A stretch of 32,000 bases of DNA from Patulibacter defluvii (lineage in GTDB: Bacteria > Actinomycetota > Thermoleophilia > Solirubrobacterales > Solirubrobacteraceae), in assembly GCF_034096925.1 (NCBI RefSeq), contig NZ_JAWZSQ010000003.1, forward strand, positions 197,532 to 229,531, given 5' to 3'. The notes beneath the pieces are model-generated. The model was not told where the DNA came from. It made no database searches and saw only the letters and a list, made by a program, of their open reading frames with translations. This document shows positions 15,424 through 23,924 of this stretch, piece after piece. Position 1 is the first letter of the stretch. Every line of letters starts with the position of its first letter. The translations under genes were made by a program, and so were the position numbers.

Positions 15424-15459
15424 CGGCCGTCGACCGGTGGGCCGGTTCGACGTCCGGTT

Positions 15460-16212
15460 TCAGGAGGAGGGTGCCGCCGATGCGTTCTCGGCGTCGAGCG
15501 CCGCACGCAGGCGGCGGTCGGCACGCTCCATGTGGGCGCGCATCGCGGCCCGGGCGGCGTCCGGATCGGCGCCGGCGATCGCGTCGACGATCGGCTCGTG
15601 CATGTCGAACGACGACGCCGTCTCGCCGGCGTGCTCGAGCACCCGCTTGGCCCAGACACCGAGCAGCGAGCGGAGACTGGTCACGAGGCTGATGAAGGTC
15701 TCGTTCTCCGTCGCGGCGGCGATCTCCAGGTGCAGCGCGACGTCCGCCTCGACGTAGCGATCGACGTCGTCGCCCGCCTGCCGGAGCGCGTCCAGGGCCT
15801 TGCGGAGCCGGGCGGTCGTCTCCTCCGTGGCGCGCTCGGCGGCGAGTCCCGCGACCAGCACCTCGATCTCGGCGCGCGCCTCGACCAGGTCGAAGATCCG
15901 CCGCTGCCCGAGCAACAGGCCCCATTCGATCACCTGCGGCAGCAGATCCGAGCCGGACTGCGACAGGTAGGTCCCGTCCCCCTGACGCACGTCGAGCAGG
16001 CCGAGCAGGCTGAGCGACTTGATCGCCTCGCGGACCTGTGAGCGGCCGACGCCCAGCGCCTCGGCCAGCTGCCGCTCCGGCGGGATCTTCGAGCCCGGGG
16101 AGACCTCGCCCGACAGCAGGTAGTCCAGCAGCGTCCGCGTGATCTCCGTCACCGGCGGCCGGCGGGGGGCGATGCGGAGGCTCTGGGGGAGGGCGCTTGA
16201 CTCGTTGTGCAT
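15460..16212 (-). CDS. GntR-family transcriptional regulator, FadR subfamily (FCD domain)
   Basis: The winged HTH is KIPPERQLAEALGVGRSQVREAIKSLSLLGLLDVRQGDGTYL. An all-helical C-terminal domain with conserved His/Asp (HLEIAAAT...MHEPIVDAI) follows. Confidence 0.9.
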   Translation of the reverse strand: MHNESSALPQSLRIAPRRPPVTEITRTLLDYLLSGEVSPGSKIPPERQLAEALGVGRSQVREAIKSLSLLGLLDVRQGDGTYLSQSGSDLLPQVIEWGLLLGQRRIFDLVEARAEIEVLVAGLAAERATEETTARLRKALDALRQAGDDVDRYVEADVALHLEIAAATENETFISLVTSLRSLLGVWAKRVLEHAGETASSFDMHEPIVDAIAGADPDAARAAMRAHMERADRRLRAALDAENASAAPSS

Positions 16213-16227
16213 GAAGATGGCGGATCA

Positions 16228-16243
16228 GGTCGACCGGTCGACC
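16228..16243. promoter_or_regulatory. Operator palindrome 1 (putative GntR site, in front of gntR)
   Basis: GGTCGACCGGTCGACC is a perfect 16-bp palindrome that ends 15 nt from the gntR start codon. It contains GT-N2-AC units, consistent with the generic GntR-family operator form. Confidence 0.6.
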
Positions 16244-16281
16244 AAGCCTAGAGCACCGTCCCGAAGGATGGCTCCCAAATT

Positions 16282-16297
16282 GGTTGACCGGTCGACC
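16282..16297. promoter_or_regulatory. Operator palindrome 2 (overlaps the -35 of the aminotransferase promoter)
   Basis: GGTTGACCGGTCGACC is self-complementary at all but one symmetric base pair. It is identical to the site at 25640-25655. Confidence 0.6.
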
Positions 16298-16318
16298 TCA
16301 AACGGTTACGCTCGGCCC
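16284..16318 (+). promoter_or_regulatory. Sigma-70-type promoter predicted to give a leaderless mRNA starting at ATG 16319
   Basis: TTGACC (16284-16289), N17, TACGCT (16307-16312), N6, ATG (16319). There is no Shine-Dalgarno sequence. Confidence 0.45.
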
Positions 16319-17632
16319 ATGGCCCAGTCCTCCAACCCCTTGGCGCTGCTGGGCGGGACCCCCGCGCACCGCCTGCCGAACCCCAAGTACCCGCGCCTCG
16401 GCGCCGACCTCCACGTCCGGATCGCGGACGCGCTCGACCGCGGGCCGATGCAGGGCCTCAGCAAGGGCCACCCGATCATCGAGGAGCTGGAGACGCGGCT
16501 CGCCGCGTACCACGGCGTCGACCAGGTGCTCGCCTCCAGCTCGGGCCACGGGGCGCTCCAGTCCGCCCTGATCGGGCTCGAGGTCACCGGCGGCGACGAG
16601 GTGCTCACCTCGCCCTACTCCTGGGGGGCCTCGGTCTCCTGCATCCTGCACAACGGCGCGGTGCCGGTCTTCGTCGACATCGACCGCGACAACGGGCTGC
16701 TGGACCCGGCCCGGCTCGCCGACGGACTGACGCCGCGGACCCGGGCGATCCTCGTGCCCCACCTCTACGGGCAGCCGGCGGACATGACCGCGATCATGCG
16801 GTTCGCCGAGGATCACGACCTGCTGGTGATCGAGGACGGCAGCCAGGCGCACGGCGCGCGTCACCGCGGCACCCGGGTCGGCGCCTTCGGTCACGCCGGC
16901 GGGTTCTCCACCAACGGGGTCAAGCCGCTCGCCACCACCGAGGGCGGGTACATGGTCACCCGCGTTGCCGACGTCTACTGGAAGGCGACCATCAGCGGTC
17001 AGCACGCCGGCCGCGGAGAGCTGCTGGGGCGGGCCAGCGAGCCCGGCTTCCCCGACGAGCTGCGGCCTCTGGTCGACTCGCTGATCTACTCCTACCGCCC
17101 GAACGTGGTCTCGGCGCTGATGGCGCTGGACCGGCTCCCGCACCTGGAAGAGGAGAACGCCGCGCGGCGCTGGAACGCGGCGCGGCTCTTCGAGGGACTG
17201 CGCGACGTCGAGGCGCTCAGCTGGCCGACGGTCGACGAGGCCGACGAGTGCGTCTTCCACATGGTGACCCTGAACTTCGACGCCGAGCTGGCGGGCGTCG
17301 AGCGCGACGCGTTCGTCGCCGCGCTCGCCGTCGAGGGCGTGCCGGCGGTCCCGTACGTGGCCAAGGGCCTGCATCGCTCGGAGCGGCTGAGCCCGAGCTA
17401 CGGCGGCCCGCGGGTGATGTGGACGGAAACGATCCGCCGGTCGGGCATCGACCCGACCGCCGTCGAGCTGCCGGGCTGCGACGCCAAGGTCGCCCGCTCG
17501 ATCGAGATCCCGTGGAACTACTTCGAGCGCGACCCCGACCTGATCGACAGCCTGGTCGGCGCCTTCCGGAAGGTCCAGGCGGAGCTGCCCGCGCTGCGAC
17601 GGCACGCCGATCGGCACCAGGCGACGGTCTAG
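16319..17632 (+). CDS. DegT/DnrJ/EryC1/StrS-family PLP-dependent (sugar/cyclitol) aminotransferase
   Basis: The internal ATG at codon 61 of track ORF 16139..17632 is used. Family-typical features are LALLGG.P, SSSGHGALQSALIGL, TSPYSWGASV, DIDRDNGLLD, IEDGSQAHGA and a probable PLP Lys in FSTNGVKPL. Confidence 0.85.
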   Translation: MAQSSNPLALLGGTPAHRLPNPKYPRLGADLHVRIADALDRGPMQGLSKGHPIIEELETRLAAYHGVDQVLASSSGHGALQSALIGLEVTGGDEVLTSPYSWGASVSCILHNGAVPVFVDIDRDNGLLDPARLADGLTPRTRAILVPHLYGQPADMTAIMRFAEDHDLLVIEDGSQAHGARHRGTRVGAFGHAGGFSTNGVKPLATTEGGYMVTRVADVYWKATISGQHAGRGELLGRASEPGFPDELRPLVDSLIYSYRPNVVSALMALDRLPHLEEENAARRWNAARLFEGLRDVEALSWPTVDEADECVFHMVTLNFDAELAGVERDAFVAALAVEGVPAVPYVAKGLHRSERLSPSYGGPRVMWTETIRRSGIDPTAVELPGCDAKVARSIEIPWNYFERDPDLIDSLVGAFRKVQAELPALRRHADRHQATV

Positions 17633-17669
17633 CGCCGGACGCTCCGTCCCGCGATCGATCTGGAGAACC

Positions 17670-18854
17670 GTGTCGACCTCGATGGCCACCGTCGCCTACG
17701 ACCCGTTCGCGTACGCGATGCACGATGACCCGTACCCGACCTACGCGCTGCTGCGGGACCACTTCCCGGTCTACCGCAACGAGGAGCGCGGCTTCTGGGC
17801 GCTCTCGCGCTTCGACGACGTGCGGGCGGCCGCGCGCGACTGGCGCAGCTTCTCGAGCCATCCTGGCGTCGATCTCGACGGCACCGGGCAGGAGTACGGG
17901 CCGGGCAACTTCATCGACCTCGACCCGCCCCGCCACGACGCGCTGCGCAAGGTCCTGCGCCACGCGTTCGTCCCCAAGCAGGTCGCCGGCTACGAGCCGG
18001 CGGCACGGGCGGCGGTCGCCGAGATCGCCCGCACGCTGGAGGGGCGGAGCACCGTCGACCTGGCCGACCAGGTCGCCTGGACGCTGCCGGTGACGATGAT
18101 CTGCGAGCTGCTCGGGGTGCCTCGCGACGACCGCGCCGCGCTGCGCTCGTGGCTCGACCGTTTCATGTTCCGGCACGACGGGGTCGACCGCCTGCCCGAG
18201 GACGCCGTCCACGCCCTGGGCGCGGCCGCCGGCTACTTCCGCGCCCTGATCGACGAGCGCCGGCGGACGCCCCGCGACGACGTCGCGACGACCCTGACCC
18301 GGGCCGAGGTCGATGGCGTCCCGCTGGCCGAGGACGAGATCGTCTCGATCTGCCTGCTGCTGCTCGCTGCCGGCGTCGAGACCGCGGCGGGCCTGATCGC
18401 GAGCGCGTTCCTGGTCCTCGCCGAGCATCCCGTCGCCCGCCGGCGCCTGCGGGCGACGCCCGACCTGATCCCGGCGGCGATCGAGGAGGTCCTGCGCCTG
18501 GAGTCCCCGATCCAGGGACTCGCGCGGACCGCGACCGTCGACGTCCCCGTCCACGATCAGGTGATCCCGGCCGGCGCCCGCGTGTTCCTGCTCTTCGGCG
18601 CCGCCAACCGCGACGGCCGCCGGTTCGACGATCCCAACGCGTTCGACCTCGACCGCGAGGCGCCGAAGAGCCTGGCCTTCGGCGAGGGGATCCACTTCTG
18701 CCTCGGCGCGCCGCTGGCCCGGCTGGAGGCGCGGGTCGTGCTCGAGCAGCTGCTGCCGCCGCTGGGCGACTACGTGGTCGACGGCCCGGTCGAGCGGCTG
18801 CACAGCCACACGACCCGGGCGGCGGTCTCGCTGCCGGTCGAGGTCGACGCGTGA
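17670..18854 (+). CDS. Cytochrome P450
   Basis: The heme-thiolate loop is FGEGIHFCLGAPLA, the ExxR motif is EEVLRLESP, and the I-helix is LLLAAGVETAAG. The GTG start is preceded by GGAGAA. ATG 17682 is an alternative start. Confidence 0.9.
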   Translation: MSTSMATVAYDPFAYAMHDDPYPTYALLRDHFPVYRNEERGFWALSRFDDVRAAARDWRSFSSHPGVDLDGTGQEYGPGNFIDLDPPRHDALRKVLRHAFVPKQVAGYEPAARAAVAEIARTLEGRSTVDLADQVAWTLPVTMICELLGVPRDDRAALRSWLDRFMFRHDGVDRLPEDAVHALGAAAGYFRALIDERRRTPRDDVATTLTRAEVDGVPLAEDEIVSICLLLLAAGVETAAGLIASAFLVLAEHPVARRRLRATPDLIPAAIEEVLRLESPIQGLARTATVDVPVHDQVIPAGARVFLLFGAANRDGRRFDDPNAFDLDREAPKSLAFGEGIHFCLGAPLARLEARVVLEQLLPPLGDYVVDGPVERLHSHTTRAAVSLPVEVDA

Positions 18855-20011
18855 GCGGCCCGCCGTTCCCGCCCGAGCAGCTGGACCGGCTGCTGGCGGA
18901 GCAGGACGTCGCCGCGGTCCTGGCCACCTCGGCCCACAACGTCCGCCACCTGCTCGGCGGGTACCGCTTCTTCCTCTATGCGACCCTCGACGGGATCGGC
19001 CACGACCGCTACCTGCCGTTCGTCGGGTACGTCGCTGGCCGTCCGGAGGCGGCGTTCTACGTCGGCGCCGGCAACGAGGCCTGGGGAACCGACGCGACGC
19101 CGCTGTGGGTGCCCGACCTGGCGCTGGAGGCGTGGACCGCGGCCGACGCGGCCCGGATCGCCGGCGCCCGCCTGCGCGACGCCGGCCTGGCGCGGGGCCG
19201 GATCGGGGTCGAGCTGCCCTATCTGACGGCGGACGCCTTCACGGCGCTCCGCGACGCCCTGCCCCACGCGGACCTCGTCGACGTCTCCCATCCGCTGGAG
19301 GAGCTGCGGGCGGTCAAGCGACGGGACGAGCTGGACCTGATGCGGCGCGGCGCCACAGCGGTCGTCGACGCGATGCTGGCGACGTTCGCCGCGACCCGCG
19401 TCGGCGCGAGCGAGCGCGAGATCGTCGAGCGGCTGCGGATCGAGGAGACCCGCCGGGGCCTCGGCTTCGGCTACTGCCTGATCGCCAGCGGCGACTCCGC
19501 CACCCGCGGGCCGTCCGACCGGCGGCTCGCTCCCGGCGACGTGCTGTCGCTCGACTCCGGGGCGCACTTCGACGGCTACGTCGCCGACCTCACGCGGATG
19601 GCGGTGGCCGGCGAGCCGACCCGCCGCCACCAGCAGCTGCTGGACCAGATCCTCGCCGTGCAGGAGGCCGCGCGGGACGCGGCCCGCGGGGGCCGGCGGG
19701 GCGGCGCGATCTTCGACGCCGCCGACGCCGCGATCCGCGAGCAGGCCGACGGCGCGCGGATGACCTTCCTCGCCCACGGCACCGGGCTGCTCTCGCACGA
19801 GGCGCCGCGGCTGACCGACAGCGGCTCGCCGCCCTACCCCGCGACCCACCGCGAGCGGCCGCTGCGCCCGGGTCAGGTGCTCTCGATCGAGACCCACCTG
19901 ATCGACCCGCTGATCGGCTTCGTGAAGCTCGAGGACACGGTGATCGTGACCGCCGGCGCCTGCGAGCCGTGCGGGGATCACGGGCGCGGCTGGACGGTCA
20001 TCGATGCCTGA
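18851..20011 (+). CDS. M24-family metallohydrolase (Xaa-Pro peptidase / creatinase-like)
   Basis: This is the tail of track ORF 18149..20011. The GTG overlaps the P450 stop (GTGA at 18851-18854). The metal-ligand pattern is LDSGAHFDGYVADLTR, HGTGLLSHE, LSIETH and KLEDTVIVT. Confidence 0.85.
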   Translation: MSGPPFPPEQLDRLLAEQDVAAVLATSAHNVRHLLGGYRFFLYATLDGIGHDRYLPFVGYVAGRPEAAFYVGAGNEAWGTDATPLWVPDLALEAWTAADAARIAGARLRDAGLARGRIGVELPYLTADAFTALRDALPHADLVDVSHPLEELRAVKRRDELDLMRRGATAVVDAMLATFAATRVGASEREIVERLRIEETRRGLGFGYCLIASGDSATRGPSDRRLAPGDVLSLDSGAHFDGYVADLTRMAVAGEPTRRHQQLLDQILAVQEAARDAARGGRRGGAIFDAADAAIREQADGARMTFLAHGTGLLSHEAPRLTDSGSPPYPATHRERPLRPGQVLSIETHLIDPLIGFVKLEDTVIVTAGACEPCGDHGRGWTVIDA

Positions 20012-21461
20012 GCTGCGGGCTGGCGTCGCCGTGACCGGCCGCCGCGGGCTGCTCGCCGATCGGCCGCCGGCGCCGATCGACGCCGGCCGTCCGGCCCGGA
20101 TCGCCGCTGCCCTGCGGAGGTCGCCGACGACGGTGCTGGTGGTCGACGACGACCCGACCGGCAGCCAGGTGGTGGCCGGCGTGCCGCTGGTGACGTCCTG
20201 GAGCGCGGACGACCTGCGGTGGGCGCTGGCCCACGAAGCCGGGGTGGCGTTCGTGCTCACGAACTCGCGGGCGCTGTCGGAGGCCGAGGCCGAGGCGATC
20301 AACCGCACCGTCGGCGAGCGGGCGCAGCAGGTCGCGGCGTCGCTCGGAATCCGACTCGAGGTGATCAGCCGCAGCGACTCGCTGCTCCGCGGCCACTTCC
20401 CGGCCGAGGTGCTGGCGCTCGACGAGGGGCTGCGATGCGGTGGGGCCGCGCCACTCGACGGCATCGTGCTCTGCCCGGCCTATCCGGAGGCGGGTCGGAT
20501 CACCGTCGACCGGCGGCACTGGGTCCGTCAGCGCGACGGCGGCCACCGGCCCGCGGCCGCGACCGAGTTCGCCGCCGACCCGGTGTTCGCCTACGACGAC
20601 TCCGATCTGCGCGCATGGGCGACGGCGCGCGGTCGCGGCCGCTGGCGGTCGGCGGACGTGCGCGAGGTCGGCCTCGACGACCTCCGCCGTGGCGGACCGG
20701 AGCGCGTCGCGGCGATCCTCGCCACCGTCTCCGGCGGCCGGCCGGTGGTCTGCGACGCCGCTGACGAGGAGGACCTGCTCGTATTGGCCGAGGGCCTGGC
20801 CCGGGCCGAGGCCCGCGGTCGTCGGTTCGTGACCCGGTCGGGACCGTCGTTCGTGGCCGCGCGCAGCGGCCGCACGGTCCCGCCGCCCTGCACGGGGCCG
20901 ATCGCCGAACCCGGGGTCGCCGCCGGCACGCTGGTGGTCGTCGGCTCGCACACCGCGCTCACCAGCGAACAGCTTGCGCGGGCGCAGCGGCGCACCGGCC
21001 TACGGGTGCTGGAGCTCGATACCGTCGCGGTCGCCAGCTCGGACAACGCGGCCCGCCGCGAGGTCCACCAGCTGGCGGCGCGCGCCGCTCGCGCGCTGCG
21101 CACGGGGGACGTCGCGATCGCCACCTCGCGGAGCCTGCTGACCCGCCGCGATCCGCTGGCCGACATCCGGCTGAAGCAGCGGATCGCGCAGGCGGTCGTC
21201 GACGTCGTCCGCGAGACCGTGGCCGCCACCCGGCCGCGGGCCGTGGTGGCCAAGGGCGGCGTGACCGCGCACCGCGTCGCCGCCGAGTCGCTCGGTGCGC
21301 GCCGCGCGATCGTCCTCGGCCAGCTGCTGCCCGGCCAGGTCTCGGTCTGGCGGATCGAGAGCGCCGCCGCGGCGGGCCTGCCGTACGTCGTCTTCCCCGG
21401 GAACGTCGGCCACGCCGACGCGTTGACCGCCGTCCTCACTCGAACCAAGGACCGGACCTGA
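20004..21461 (+). CDS. Four-carbon/acid-sugar kinase family protein (DUF1537; OtnK/DtnK/YgbK-like)
   Basis: VLVVDDDPTGSQ corresponds to the ADDFTGA N-terminal motif of YgbK-type kinases. VVAKGGVTAH corresponds to their C-terminal GGETS nucleotide-site motif. ATG 20004 (an 8-nt overlap) adds about 43 residues ahead of the usual N-terminus. The in-frame GTG 20133 is an alternative start. Confidence 0.8.
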   Translation: MPELRAGVAVTGRRGLLADRPPAPIDAGRPARIAAALRRSPTTVLVVDDDPTGSQVVAGVPLVTSWSADDLRWALAHEAGVAFVLTNSRALSEAEAEAINRTVGERAQQVAASLGIRLEVISRSDSLLRGHFPAEVLALDEGLRCGGAAPLDGIVLCPAYPEAGRITVDRRHWVRQRDGGHRPAAATEFAADPVFAYDDSDLRAWATARGRGRWRSADVREVGLDDLRRGGPERVAAILATVSGGRPVVCDAADEEDLLVLAEGLARAEARGRRFVTRSGPSFVAARSGRTVPPPCTGPIAEPGVAAGTLVVVGSHTALTSEQLARAQRRTGLRVLELDTVAVASSDNAARREVHQLAARAARALRTGDVAIATSRSLLTRRDPLADIRLKQRIAQAVVDVVRETVAATRPRAVVAKGGVTAHRVAAESLGARRAIVLGQLLPGQVSVWRIESAAAAGLPYVVFPGNVGHADALTAVLTRTKDRT

Positions 21462-22318
21462 TGCTCGCCACTGGTACCCGCGACCTCGCCCGCGCTCACG
21501 CGGAAGGCTGGGCGATCCCAGGCTTCTCCGTCTACAACCTCGAACAGGCCCTGGCGGTCTGCCGGGCGGCCGAGGCCGAGGGCACGCCGGCGATCGTGCA
21601 GGCCGGCAGCAGCGCGTTCGGCTACGCCGGCGAGGGTCCGCTGGCGGCGCTCGCGGTGGCCGCGGCGACGGCCAGCCCGGCCCGGATCGGCGTCCACCTC
21701 GACCACGCCACCGACCTCGACGAGATCGGCCGTTGCCTGCGGGCCGGCTACAGCTCGGTGATGTACGACGGCTCGGCCCTGCCGCTGGAGGAGAACGTGC
21801 GCCGGACCGGCGAGGTGGTGCGGATGGCGGCCGAGCACGGCGCCTGGGTCGAGGCGGAGCTTGCGGGATTCGCCGGCGACGAGGACCGGACGACCGATGC
21901 CCAGGCGACGGCCCTGACCGACCCCGAGGTGGCGGCGGGGTTCGTGGCGGCGACCGGCGTCGACGCGCTGGCGATCGCGATCGGCAACGTCCACGGCATC
22001 CCGACCCGGCCGGTGCAGCTCGACTTCGACCGGCTGGCGGCGATCCGCGAGCGCGTCGAGGTGCCGCTGGTCCTGCACGGCGCTTCGGGGCTGCCCGACG
22101 GCGACGTCGCCCGCGCGATCGGGCTCGGCGTGGCCAAGATCAACGTCAACACGGAGCTCCGGCGGGCCTTCCGGGACGCCTGGCGGCGGACGGCGGCCGC
22201 GCCTCCCGACGGCGACGCGCTGCCGCCGATCCTCGAACCCGCGATCCGGGCGGTCGAGGACGTCGCGCGGGCCAAGCTGCGGGCGTTCGCGCGGGCCACG
22301 ACCGGAGCGCGCGCATGA
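21461..22318 (+). CDS. Class II ketose-bisphosphate aldolase family (FBA/GatY/IolJ-like)
   Basis: Family motifs are GFSVYNLEQ, HLDH, MYDGS, EAELAG, IGNVHG and VLHGASGLP. The ATG overlaps the kinase stop by 1 nt. Confidence 0.85.
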   Translation: MLATGTRDLARAHAEGWAIPGFSVYNLEQALAVCRAAEAEGTPAIVQAGSSAFGYAGEGPLAALAVAAATASPARIGVHLDHATDLDEIGRCLRAGYSSVMYDGSALPLEENVRRTGEVVRMAAEHGAWVEAELAGFAGDEDRTTDAQATALTDPEVAAGFVAATGVDALAIAIGNVHGIPTRPVQLDFDRLAAIRERVEVPLVLHGASGLPDGDVARAIGLGVAKINVNTELRRAFRDAWRRTAAAPPDGDALPPILEPAIRAVEDVARAKLRAFARATTGARA

Positions 22319-23115
22319 ACCGCCGGATCGCCGAACGGATCCGGGCCGGCGAGTCGCTCGTCGGCGTGGTCGTGAAGATCCCCGGGGCCGCGATGGTGGA
22401 GACGGCCGGCCTGGCCGGCTTCGACCTGGTGGTGATCGACGCCGAGCACGGCGCCGGCGACACCGCCCTGCTCGAGGATCACCTGCGGGCCGCGTCCGCG
22501 GCCGGGATCGCGGCGCTGGTGCGGGTCGGCCGCAACGGCGACCTCGAGGTCCTGCGGGCGCTCGACGCCGGTGCGGCGGGGATCGTCGTCCCGCACGTCG
22601 ACGACGCCGCGGCGGCCGAGCAGGCCGTCACCGCCGCCTACTATCCGCCGCGCGGGCGGCGCGGCCTGGCCACGAGCACCCGCGCCGGCCGCTACGGGCT
22701 GACCTCGCTCGCGGCCCACGTGCGGCGCGCCAACGATGCGACGGTGGTGATCGTGCAGGTCGAGGACGTCGCCGCGGTGCCGCACGCGCGGGCGATCGCG
22801 GACGTCCCTGGCGTCGACGCGGTCTTCCTCGGGCCGACCGACCTCTCGATGTCGCTCGGGCGTCCCGGCGACGTCGAGCATCCTGACGTCGCCGACGCGA
22901 TCGATCGCGTCGTGGCGGGCGTAGGCGACGGCGACGCCGGCCTCTGCGTCTTCGCGCCGACCGTCGACAGCGCGCTCGGCTGGCGTCGCAAGGGCGCCCA
23001 GATCGTGCTCTTCGGCGGCCCCGCGATCCTCTCCCATGGCTTCCGCCAGATCGTCGGAGCCGTCAAGGACGGCCCGCCGGCGACCCCCGACTCTCCCCTC
23101 CAGGTGCACCGATGA
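22315..23115 (+). CDS. HpcH/HpaI-family 2-keto-3-deoxy-acid aldolase
   Basis: This is the tail of track ORF 21733..23115. The start is an ATGA overlap at 22315-22318. Motifs are VVIDAEHG, VRV, YPPRGRRG, VQVE and LGPTDLS. Confidence 0.85.
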   Translation: MNRRIAERIRAGESLVGVVVKIPGAAMVETAGLAGFDLVVIDAEHGAGDTALLEDHLRAASAAGIAALVRVGRNGDLEVLRALDAGAAGIVVPHVDDAAAAEQAVTAAYYPPRGRRGLATSTRAGRYGLTSLAAHVRRANDATVVIVQVEDVAAVPHARAIADVPGVDAVFLGPTDLSMSLGRPGDVEHPDVADAIDRVVAGVGDGDAGLCVFAPTVDSALGWRRKGAQIVLFGGPAILSHGFRQIVGAVKDGPPATPDSPLQVHR

Positions 23116-23924
23116 CCGATTCCGATCCCGTTCTCACCGGCGCCGGCGGCCGCTCGATCCTCGACCGACTGCGCCTCGACGGCCGCCGGGCGCTCGTCAC
23201 CGGCGCCGGTCAGGGCATCGGCCGCGCCTTCGCGCACGCCCTCGGCGAGGCCGGCGCCCGCGTCGCGGTGATCGACCTCGACCTGGACCGCGCCCGGACC
23301 GTGGCGGACGAGCTGGCGGCGAAACGGATCGACGCGCTCGCGCTCGCCGCCGACGTGGCCCAGGAGGACGCCGCCGAGCGCTACGTCGGCGCGATCGTCG
23401 ACGCCTGGGGCGGGCTGGAGATCGCCGTCAACAACGCCGGGATCAACCCCAACGGCGCGGCCGAGGAGACGACGCCCGAGCAGTGGGACGCCGCCTTCGC
23501 CGTCAACGCGCGGGGCGTCTTCCTCGGCTGCCAGGCGGCCGGCCGGGTGATGCTGCGGGCTGGCTACGGGAAGATCGTCAACACGGCGTCGATGGCGTCG
23601 CTGGTCGTTCCGCATCCGCAGAAGCAGGCCGCCTACAACGCCTCCAAGGCCGCCGTGGTGCAGCTCACGCGGACGCTCGCGGGGGAGTGGGCCGATCGTG
23701 GCGTGCGGGTCAACGCGATCTCCCCGGGCATCATCCGGACCGCGCTGATCGAGCAGTCGGAGGCGCTGCGTCCGCTGGTGGCCGAGTGGCTGACCCAGAT
23801 CCCCGCCGGTCGCCTCGGCGAGGTCACCGATCTGCAGGCCGGCCTGGTCTACCTGGCGTCCGAGGCCTCCGACTACATGACCGGCCACAACCTGATGATC
23901 GAGGGCGGTCAGAGCCTCTGGTGA
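23112..23924 (+). CDS. Short-chain dehydrogenase/reductase (SDR)
   Basis: Motifs are TGAGQGIG, NNAG, the catalytic YNASK and PG.IRT. The start is an ATGA overlap with the upstream gene. Confidence 0.9.
   Translation: MTDSDPVLTGAGGRSILDRLRLDGRRALVTGAGQGIGRAFAHALGEAGARVAVIDLDLDRARTVADELAAKRIDALALAADVAQEDAAERYVGAIVDAWGGLEIAVNNAGINPNGAAEETTPEQWDAAFAVNARGVFLGCQAAGRVMLRAGYGKIVNTASMASLVVPHPQKQAAYNASKAAVVQLTRTLAGEWADRGVRVNAISPGIIRTALIEQSEALRPLVAEWLTQIPAGRLGEVTDLQAGLVYLASEASDYMTGHNLMIEGGQSLW

Noticed and set aside
15424-15459. Possible terminator between the convergent vanY and gntR genes (ACCGG-tggg-CCGGT at 15433-15446)
   Set aside because: The stem is only 5 bp and there is no U-tract. That is too weak to call.
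17670-18854. The P450 next to a van island as a glycopeptide-biosynthetic (Oxy-type) enzyme
   Set aside because: There are no NRPS, halogenase or glycosyltransferase genes nearby. The P450 sits inside the GntR-operator-controlled catabolic train, separated from the van genes by a convergent regulator gene.
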